IMG/VR virus record: IMGVR_UViG_3300024517_000019
Coordinates: 2,370-66,369 of that record
Strand: one strand, 5' to 3'
From: a virus
Length of the DNA: 64,000 nt
The stretch's first letter is position 1. Every line of letters starts with the position of its first letter. The notes under the pieces are model-generated. The model ran no database searches and was not told where the DNA came from. It saw only the letters and a list, made by a program, of their open reading frames with translations. Both the position numbers and the translations under genes were made by a program. Below are positions 57,834 through 64,000 of this stretch, one piece after another.

Positions 57834-58120
57834 TGACCAGGGAGCAAGTGGAGTACGTCATCACACGGTGCGACCAGTACATCAAGGCCAGGCACAAGAC
57901 CGTACGTGGCTGCTGCTTTGGAACCGGCGACAGACTGAGCCTGACCGGCAGCCTTGCCGTCAAGTTCGGGACACGTCCAGGTCTCTCATGGAGCTACGCC
58001 CTAGGCAGCGTCATCAGGACTGAGTGCCAGGTTCACGGGTCCTGGCGGGACATGTGCCCCATTCACCTGAAAGAGATCCTTACTAAGTACCTGGAGAAGA
58101 CACTGGAGGAGAAACTGTGA
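57830..58120 (+). CDS. CD.Y/CP paralogue family member 2
   Basis: RCDQY..MCPIHLKEILTKYLEK. Confidence 0.6.
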   Translation: MMTREQVEYVITRCDQYIKARHKTVRGCCFGTGDRLSLTGSLAVKFGTRPGLSWSYALGSVIRTECQVHGSWRDMCPIHLKEILTKYLEKTLEEKL

Positions 58121-58491
58121 AGGTGAAAATGATTGAAGGCATGAGGCCAGTTCCCTGCCTCCTGTGTGCCGGTGACAAAACATACAGAGGCTGGGAAATG
58201 ACAGGCCCAACTGGGGCCGTGTTCCTCTGCGACTATTGCATGGTTTATTCAGTAGAGGGGATTGGACAGATCAACGGGTGCGACACGAAAAGCACCAGGG
58301 CCGGCGTGAAAGCCAAAGCAAACACCTCTCCCCACAAGTGCGGCTTCTGCGAACTGACCAGCGAAATCACCTGGACTGTTGGCAAAGATTCTTTCGCATT
58401 AACCGCCTGCCTTGCCTGTGTGAAGACTATGAACGAACAGGTTTACGCTCAGAGCAAGGGATACCAAATGATTCCGAGGGCCGACTCATGA
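58117..58491 (+). CDS. Cys-rich Zn-finger protein
   Basis: Four CxxC pairs. Confidence 0.55.
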   Translation: MKVKMIEGMRPVPCLLCAGDKTYRGWEMTGPTGAVFLCDYCMVYSVEGIGQINGCDTKSTRAGVKAKANTSPHKCGFCELTSEITWTVGKDSFALTACLACVKTMNEQVYAQSKGYQMIPRADS

Positions 58492-58847
58492 CCGACACCC
58501 TAAGCCTGGCGGAAACCAAAGCAGCGATCAGAAGTTGCGACCACTACGCAAAGGCAGGTGAGAAGGACTTGTCGAAGTGGCACGTAGGAACCAAGCCAAT
58601 CAGGCTAGATCCAATCGGTGCCATCCTGAGGTCACGTGGTGTCAAGCTGGATATCGTCGGCGAATCGTATGAACCCAGCATGCCAGAGTCTCACGAGAAC
58701 ACAGAGTTGGGTGTGGACGGGTCACTGTTCATGACACTGTCAGGTGTGGAAATGCCAAAGCCGGGTGACTGGATGGACAGTTGCCCTCTGCTGGTCAAGC
58801 AATACCTGGTTAAGCATCTAAACAAACTCAAGGGAGAGCACCTTTGA
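58488..58847 (+). CDS. CD.Y/CP paralogue family member 3
   Basis: LSLAETKAAIRSCDHY..SCPLLVKQYL. Confidence 0.6.
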   Translation: MTDTLSLAETKAAIRSCDHYAKAGEKDLSKWHVGTKPIRLDPIGAILRSRGVKLDIVGESYEPSMPESHENTELGVDGSLFMTLSGVEMPKPGDWMDSCPLLVKQYLVKHLNKLKGEHL

Positions 58848-59290
58848 CAAATTCAAATTCCGAAAGGCGACGATGGGAAGCCAGGCCCAAGCAGAAGCCG
58901 CAACCGCTAACACTGGCGGAAACGAAGGTGGCGATTGAGGCCTGTGATAGCTACATCAGTGCAGGCCACATCAACTTCAGGAAACACACTGCAATCACAG
59001 GCATGGTGGAGACAGGACAGCCTGGGGTAGCCGTCTACCTGATGTACGGGTCGAAGTTTGAGACCCATGGCCGAAATGGCGAACTGCTGGAGCTGGTCTT
59101 CACTGGACAACAGGCAAAAGACAGGTTCCACGACGGACCTAACTTCTCATCTGTTATGTGTACGGCACTAGAAATTGGCGGCATGGAGGATGATAGGAGT
59201 GGTCCTTCCTTCTACATCCGTCGCTGCCCTGTCGAAGTCAAGGACGCCCTGCTGAAGTACAAGCACATTACGTTCGGGGAGAACTCATGA
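58844..59290 (+). CDS. CD.Y/CP paralogue family member 4
   Basis: LTLAETKVAIEACDSY..RCPVEVKDALLKY. Confidence 0.6.
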   Translation: MTNSNSERRRWEARPKQKPQPLTLAETKVAIEACDSYISAGHINFRKHTAITGMVETGQPGVAVYLMYGSKFETHGRNGELLELVFTGQQAKDRFHDGPNFSSVMCTALEIGGMEDDRSGPSFYIRRCPVEVKDALLKYKHITFGENS

Positions 59291-59685
59291 GCGAGAAATA
59301 CCCTCTCACTGAGTGTGAGGTGCATGCCTGCCTCATGTCTGCCGAGTTGTTCATTCAGCACAAGAAGCCGGACACGAGGGAGGTCCTGTTGGTCAGTGGC
59401 GACCTGAGCACCATCTACCCACCAGGTGCCGTTGCCAAGCTCCGTGGCTACACCTTTGGGTTTAATGCGGCTGGCATACTGATGACCACCAATAAGCCCG
59501 ACGACACCGAAGACCACCTCATCTTCGACGACATTGCCAACGCCCTGGCTCAGGGAGGAGCAAGCTGGATCGTGGGCTGGGCTCACATGACCCCACAGGC
59601 CTTCAAAGAGGCCATGCTCGCCTACAAAGAGATCGTCAAACGAAAGGGGAAGCGAAAACATGTCACTAACACTCAGGGAGGTTAA
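59287..59685 (+). CDS. CD.Y/CP paralogue family member 5 (divergent)
   Basis: LTECEVHACLMSAELF..MTPQAFKEAMLAYK. Confidence 0.55.
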   Translation: MSEKYPLTECEVHACLMSAELFIQHKKPDTREVLLVSGDLSTIYPPGAVAKLRGYTFGFNAAGILMTTNKPDDTEDHLIFDDIANALAQGGASWIVGWAHMTPQAFKEAMLAYKEIVKRKGKRKHVTNTQGG

Positions 59686-60049
59686 TGCTTGCCTCAAGTC
59701 CTGCGATCACTACATCAACGCAAGGCAGCTAAGCATGTCAGATGACGTTGCTTTGAAGGATGACATTGAGACAGCAGAAGCGGCACTCGCAGTGGCGATC
59801 ATGAGGGGCAGAGAGATGAGGGTCGAATGCTGGTCTGTCACGTCCACAGGCAGGAATCAATGCAATGACGTGTTGAGCCTGGCCTACAAGGACACACTGG
59901 ACGCACTGCTCGCTGGTGGGCTGATCCGTGATGACGCTGCTGGCTGGTACTGCGAATGCCCGGTGCTACTGCAGCAGTGCTTTCGCAAGTACAAGGACAA
60001 ACTACTCAAGGAAAGGAGAAGGAATGCTAACGCCTCAGGTCTTCGTTGA
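59660..60049 (+). CDS. CD.Y/CP paralogue family member 6
   Basis: LTLREVNACLKSCDHY..ECPVLLQQCFRKYK. Confidence 0.6.
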   Translation: MSLTLREVNACLKSCDHYINARQLSMSDDVALKDDIETAEAALAVAIMRGREMRVECWSVTSTGRNQCNDVLSLAYKDTLDALLAGGLIRDDAAGWYCECPVLLQQCFRKYKDKLLKERRRNANASGLR

Positions 60050-60190
60050 CAGCCAGGTCGTGGAGGTGCATCACTCAGGACGATCGATGGCTTCCCTAAA
60101 ACCTCCTGGCTTGTTCAATGCCCCGTGTACCTCAAGCAAACAATGAGACGCTACAGAGACAACCTCATCGCAAAGGAGAAGGAATGCCGA
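60024..60190 (+). pseudogene. Frameshifted, internally deleted 7th paralogue
   Basis: RBS plus MLTPQ start in one frame; the family C-terminus WLVQCPVYLKQTMRRYRDNL is in a different frame. Confidence 0.5.
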
Positions 60191-60393
60191 AAAGGAACGT
60201 CTTCAACCCTGAAGGAAACGAGTGGACCGACTCAACCATCATTGGACAGCTAAGGCGACTGGAGGCCTTCTGGCCTACCGACCTGACGCTCAAGGTTGAT
60301 CCCGCTACTGGTAGACTCAAAGTGGTGAGCAAGGTGGTCACCGAAGAGTTCCCGAACACTGAGATCTACCGAATACCAATGGAGAAATGGTGA
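60184..60393 (+). CDS. Hypothetical protein
   Basis: AAGGAG RBS, ATG 60184. Confidence 0.5.
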   Translation: MPKRNVFNPEGNEWTDSTIIGQLRRLEAFWPTDLTLKVDPATGRLKVVSKVVTEEFPNTEIYRIPMEKW

Positions 60394-60617
60394 TGCTATT
60401 CGCTGACCTGACCGGTGCCCCCAGAGAAGAACTACTGGAGAAAATCAACCAGCTCGACGAGGACCTAACTAAGCTCAAGGTCAGCGTCACCAAGATGCGT
60501 GAAGCTCAGCAAGGGTTCTTCAGGGACAAGTCACCGCAATGGCTCAGTGAAGCAAAGAAGCTTGAACGTGAGGTGGACGATCTACTACACCCAGACCAGC
60601 AGCAGAGGCTGTTTTGA
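60387..60617 (+). CDS. Hypothetical coiled-coil protein
   Basis: VTKMREAQQGFF..LSEAKKLEREVD. Confidence 0.55.
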   Translation: MVMLFADLTGAPREELLEKINQLDEDLTKLKVSVTKMREAQQGFFRDKSPQWLSEAKKLEREVDDLLHPDQQQRLF

Positions 60618-61054
60618 ACTCAATCAATTTCACAATCATCGGTCGCCCTCAGCAAAGAGGCTCCAAGGTCCCAGTCAGAACTAAGGACGGCAGGGTCTTC
60701 ATTAGGGACGCCAACCTCAAATCCAAGGACTGGATGACCTCAGTTAGGCAGGTGGCAGGGGAGGCATGGGACGGGAAGTCGCTCATAACGTCCCCTGTTC
60801 GCCTCTCAGCGACGTTTTACTTCAAGAGACCGAAGTCACACTACAGGACCGCAAAGGGCCGTACGGACGAACTCAAGGGCTCTGCTCCCCGGCTGCATGC
60901 TCAGTCACCTGACCTGGCCAAGCTGATTCGCTGCCTGGAAGACGCTCTCACAGGGGTAATCTGGCAGGATGACAAGCTGGTCAGACTGTACGCCGTCTGC
61001 AGCAGGGAGTGGACAACTGAGTCAGAGAGGGCCGAAGTCGCAATAGTCTGGTAA
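60614..61054 (+). CDS. rusA: RusA-family Holliday junction resolvase
   Basis: FTIIGRPQQRGS, FYFKRPKSH and PDLAKLIRCLEDALTGVIWQDD. Confidence 0.85.
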   Translation: MNSINFTIIGRPQQRGSKVPVRTKDGRVFIRDANLKSKDWMTSVRQVAGEAWDGKSLITSPVRLSATFYFKRPKSHYRTAKGRTDELKGSAPRLHAQSPDLAKLIRCLEDALTGVIWQDDKLVRLYAVCSREWTTESERAEVAIVW

Positions 61055-61086
61055 TCAAGGAAGACGCAACTCAAGGAAGAAACTAC

Positions 61087-61263
61087 ATGAACTACCTATA
61101 CGCAGCACTGCTTCTCTACTCGGCAAGCTGCATTCTGTTCTTCGGACTGTGTGTTCACATGAAGAAGAACTCTCACCACATGAGGAAAACCACCGTCAGA
61201 TCAATGGCCCTCGGATCACTGGTCTGGCCCATACTCGTCCTGTTCGCCTGGTTTGGAGACTAA
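61087..61263 (+). CDS. Small membrane protein (58 aa)
   Basis: Hand-translated, with two hydrophobic segments and an AAGGA RBS. Confidence 0.45.
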   Translation: MNYLYAALLLYSASCILFFGLCVHMKKNSHHMRKTTVRSMALGSLVWPILVLFAWFGD

Positions 61264-61265
61264 CA

Positions 61266-61967
61266 ATGCGGTACTACCCTGGCGTCCGCATGCCTGACAT
61301 CCTGACCATCGAAGAATTCAACGCTATCACCAAGCACCTGAAGGAAAAGATCGCCCATAACGGACACGACCTCACAAGGCGGTCAATGTGGACTCAGCTG
61401 GCAATCTTCAGGTTGGGTGCCTGTTGCGGGATCAGGCCACAAGAGATGCCCTTGCTCAGGATCAAGGACATCTGCCTAGAGGGCGACTACCCCTGTGTCT
61501 TGGTCAGAAAGGAGGTAGCCAAGACACGCAAGGAACGACGGGTGCCGCTGTGGTGGGACGTTGATACCTTCATCGACCTGGGCAAGATCAAGGCCAGGTG
61601 GGAGAAGGAAGGCCTCACCGAAGACGACATCTTCCTCAGGAGCCAGCATGGCCTCCCTCAGAAAAGATACTACAAGACTTGGACAGGGCTCATGTGGAAG
61701 CTGTTCTGCTCATGTCAGAACAGGTTCCTGGGAGGCGGGCTCGGCAAGGACAAGCCACATGCACCATCCTGCCGGGTCACCAGGATCAAGAGGCCCTACG
61801 TAGGCAGACACACGTTCGCCAGCATGGCCCTGGCAGCAGGCAAGACGATCGCTGAAGTCAGGGACGCCATGGGCCACTCGAACATCCAAACCACCTCCAT
61901 CTACCTACACGTTCCCCTCGTCTCTAAACCGACGATGGGGAGCATATTCAGATACAAGGAAGACTAA
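61266..61967 (+). CDS. Tyrosine recombinase (catalytic domain only)
   Basis: GIRPQE (R), AKTRKER (K), YVGRHTFAS (R), MGHSNIQTTSIY (H, Y). Confidence 0.85.
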   Translation: MRYYPGVRMPDILTIEEFNAITKHLKEKIAHNGHDLTRRSMWTQLAIFRLGACCGIRPQEMPLLRIKDICLEGDYPCVLVRKEVAKTRKERRVPLWWDVDTFIDLGKIKARWEKEGLTEDDIFLRSQHGLPQKRYYKTWTGLMWKLFCSCQNRFLGGGLGKDKPHAPSCRVTRIKRPYVGRHTFASMALAAGKTIAEVRDAMGHSNIQTTSIYLHVPLVSKPTMGSIFRYKED

Positions 61968-62290
61968 TGATTGCACCCCAAGAGACTGTCATGACGGTCA
62001 TGCTGGGCATAGACCCAGTGGAGCAGGTCTTGCAAGTCAGAGACATCAAGATCGACGGTGACTCAATCGTTGACGCCACTGACCCACCAGGCACGCCCTA
62101 CGTCAGGGAGTTCAAGTTCGAAGCAGGGATGGCTGAGAAGCTACACAAGTGGTTCGTCGCCTGTGGGATGACCAAGTCAGATGCAGAGGGGTCGGTCAGG
62201 GCCTTCGGGCACACCATGGACGAGACACTCAATGACCTCGTCGATGCCTCAGATGGTGTCTCAACCGACAACGCTGACTGTGTTGACTAA
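61967..62290 (+). CDS. Hypothetical protein
   Basis: TAATG coupling to the recombinase. Confidence 0.55.
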   Translation: MIAPQETVMTVMLGIDPVEQVLQVRDIKIDGDSIVDATDPPGTPYVREFKFEAGMAEKLHKWFVACGMTKSDAEGSVRAFGHTMDETLNDLVDASDGVSTDNADCVD

Positions 62291-62623
62291 GTTATCGAAC
62301 ACGTCAAACGGCTCCCAGTCGCTGTACCAGGTGCCTGTGTCAACGATGTAGACCTGAAGGTGCCACTTGCCTGGCCTGTCCAGGTCAGCAGCAATCGTCA
62401 CGTACTCAAGTATCCCGTCCGTGCCACCGCTGGTCAGAACAGCGGTCTTCTTCACCACTTCCTCAGGGACCACGTTCTGGGTGATCGGGTTCCGCCAGTG
62501 AGGCTTGCGGAAGTGTATCTGCAGTACCGTAGCACCGGAGATGTCCACTGCCGTCGTACCGTCTTGTACGGTGCGGCGGAAGGTGGTGCCAATGTCGCCA
62601 ACGTGTATTTCGTCTTTGGACAT
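62261..62623 (-). CDS. BppU N-terminal-like tail/baseplate protein
   Basis: HVGDIGT..AVDISGAT..DGILEYVTIAADLDRPGKWHLQ. Confidence 0.65.
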   Translation of the reverse strand: MSKDEIHVGDIGTTFRRTVQDGTTAVDISGATVLQIHFRKPHWRNPITQNVVPEEVVKKTAVLTSGGTDGILEYVTIAADLDRPGKWHLQVYIVDTGTWYSDWEPFDVFDNLVNTVSVVG

Positions 62624-62625
62624 AG

Positions 62626-62844
62626 TTAACGCTCTATCGTGTCAGCCTGGGTCTGTTCGATGTAGCTGATCCCAGCCCTGGTCTTGTCGATGTAGCTGGT
62701 GTCAGCCCTGACCTGATCGATGTAGCTAATGCCTGCGATTATCTCCAGGGCGGCAACTGGAGTGGCGACACTGTCTCCAACTCCGGCAATGCCGAGTTCC
62801 TTGCGCAGTTGCATCAGGATCGCTGGTAGTTTCTTGACGAGCAT
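62626..62844 (-). CDS. Small protein with three 10-aa repeats
   Basis: SYIDQVRADT, SYIDKTRAGI, SYIEQTQADT. Confidence 0.55.
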   Translation of the reverse strand: MLVKKLPAILMQLRKELGIAGVGDSVATPVAALEIIAGISYIDQVRADTSYIDKTRAGISYIEQTQADTIER

Positions 62845-64000
62845 CAGGTGCTATCTCGCGTGGCGACTTTCTTCCAGGTTCGAACGACGGATGCGTGGGT
62901 CATCGTGGCGACCACCAAGACGGCTTCGCCTAACGTGATTCGATTCGTGGCTTCGTCGTACTTGTACGTTTCGGTTGACCCGATTTCAGTCATCGCGGTT
63001 GCCGCGACTAGGTCCGTCCCATCGGTTCGCTTGATGACTTGGATCTTCGGCAATGTGATTCCGGTTGTGATCGGAACTCCGTCGAGGAACCATATCACGT
63101 TGTATTCATCCTGCGTGTTGGTTTGGTCGCGAGTGAATTCGATGTCAGCGTGATAGATGCCGGTGTTGATGGTGTCTATGTCTGCCGGGAGGTTCGCGGC
63201 ATCTAGTTCAGCTAACCGAGCTTCGGTTGCAACGGAGGCAAGGGCAGCGGAATCGGTTCCCCGCATCGCCGTTGTCGGTATTGCTGCAATGTCAGTGGGT
63301 AAATTCGCGGCATCCAACTCGGCCAATCTTGCCTCAGTGGCAACTGACGCGAGAGCCGCTGAGTCAGTTCCACGCATTGCGGTTGTGGGGATGGCCGCAA
63401 TATCGGTAGGCAAGTTTGCTGCATCGAGTTCGGCTAATCTTGCTTCGGTCGCGACGCTTGCCAATGCAGCGGAATCCGTACCTCTCATCGCGGTTGTTGG
63501 AATTGCGGCTATCTCAGTAGCGATGATTCCGAATGAACCAGCGGCAACGTGATCGGCCTGAGCTTCGTCCCAAACCGTATCGGCTACGCTTGCCGCAGTC
63601 GGTGGAGTCGTGGTATTCCAATCGCCTTTGCCATCTAATGCCGAAGCGGTGATACCAGCGGCAGTGAGCCAATTCGCTGGAATGGTTGGAAGGTTCGTTA
63701 ACGTGGTTACAGTGGCAACCGTGTCAGCGGCAGGATCAAAGTATGACGCGGCAACAAGTGTGCGAGCGTTAAACTCGGATACAGTTGGAACGTCTGCTAG
63801 ATCAGCGGAAATAGATGCTCCGATCGGTGCCCCGATACGTGCAAAGTTGTCACCGGTTTGAACCGTATGTCCGACAAGTGATCCAACTGAGCCTGTGACG
63901 TTCCCGTCTACGTTCCCTGCGACCGAACCTACCGCTCCGGTTACCGACCCAACAGCACCTGTCACACTTCCGACCGCACCCGTTACCGATCCAACTGAGC
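62844..64000 (-). CDS. Repetitive tail fibre/virion protein (5' end outside window)
   Basis: VTGAVGS heptad repeats, three 37-aa repeats and an ADTVWDE motif. The frame is open to the window edge. Confidence 0.7.
   Translation of the reverse strand, partial: SVGSVTGAVGSVTGAVGSVTGAVGSVAGNVDGNVTGSVGSLVGHTVQTGDNFARIGAPIGASISADLADVPTVSEFNARTLVAASYFDPAADTVATVTTLTNLPTIPANWLTAAGITASALDGKGDWNTTTPPTAASVADTVWDEAQADHVAAGSFGIIATEIAAIPTTAMRGTDSAALASVATEARLAELDAANLPTDIAAIPTTAMRGTDSAALASVATEARLAELDAANLPTDIAAIPTTAMRGTDSAALASVATEARLAELDAANLPADIDTINTGIYHADIEFTRDQTNTQDEYNVIWFLDGVPITTGITLPKIQVIKRTDGTDLVAATAMTEIGSTETYKYDEATNRITLGEAVLVVATMTHASVVRTWKKVATRDST

Noticed and set aside
1-64000. Stop-codon reassignment, DGR, retron or introns
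   Set aside because: Core genes are intact in the standard code, and no reverse transcriptase, TR/VR pair or split gene was recognised.

Overview
The window is most of a tailed dsDNA phage genome, probably podovirus-like. CsrA, a sigma region-4-like HTH and GGGAGA-type RBSs hint weakly at a Planctomycetota host, which is inference only. Bases 1-28.3 kb are a minus-strand morphogenesis operon: terminase, portal, scaffold, major capsid, tail tubular proteins, a 1323-aa Gly/Pro-rich protein, and a >3000-aa polyvalent protein missing from the ORF track (ADP-ribosyltransferase-like, two zincin motifs, LPD38-like end). Bases 28-45 kb hold small regulators and early genes, a MoxR/RavA AAA-VWA module, ParB-like proteins and tRNA-Thr. 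Bases 45-54 kb hold recombination and replication genes, CsrA and a metzincin cassette. Bases 57-64 kb hold a tandem paralogue family, RusA, a tyrosine recombinase and minus-strand tail-fibre genes. The standout is 55.0-56.7 kb. A stand-alone Cas7/RAMP-like gene and a wHTH-like partner are interleaved with six tracts of strictly 5-nt-periodic G(G)Y-NN units. Five tracts end in a conserved GGA(A/C)TTT linker, and the locus sits behind a ~44-bp promoter-like motif found four times in the window. It looks like a non-CRISPR RNA-guided system whose guide information lies in the variable dinucleotides. All calls come from reading the sequence by eye; no searches were run.
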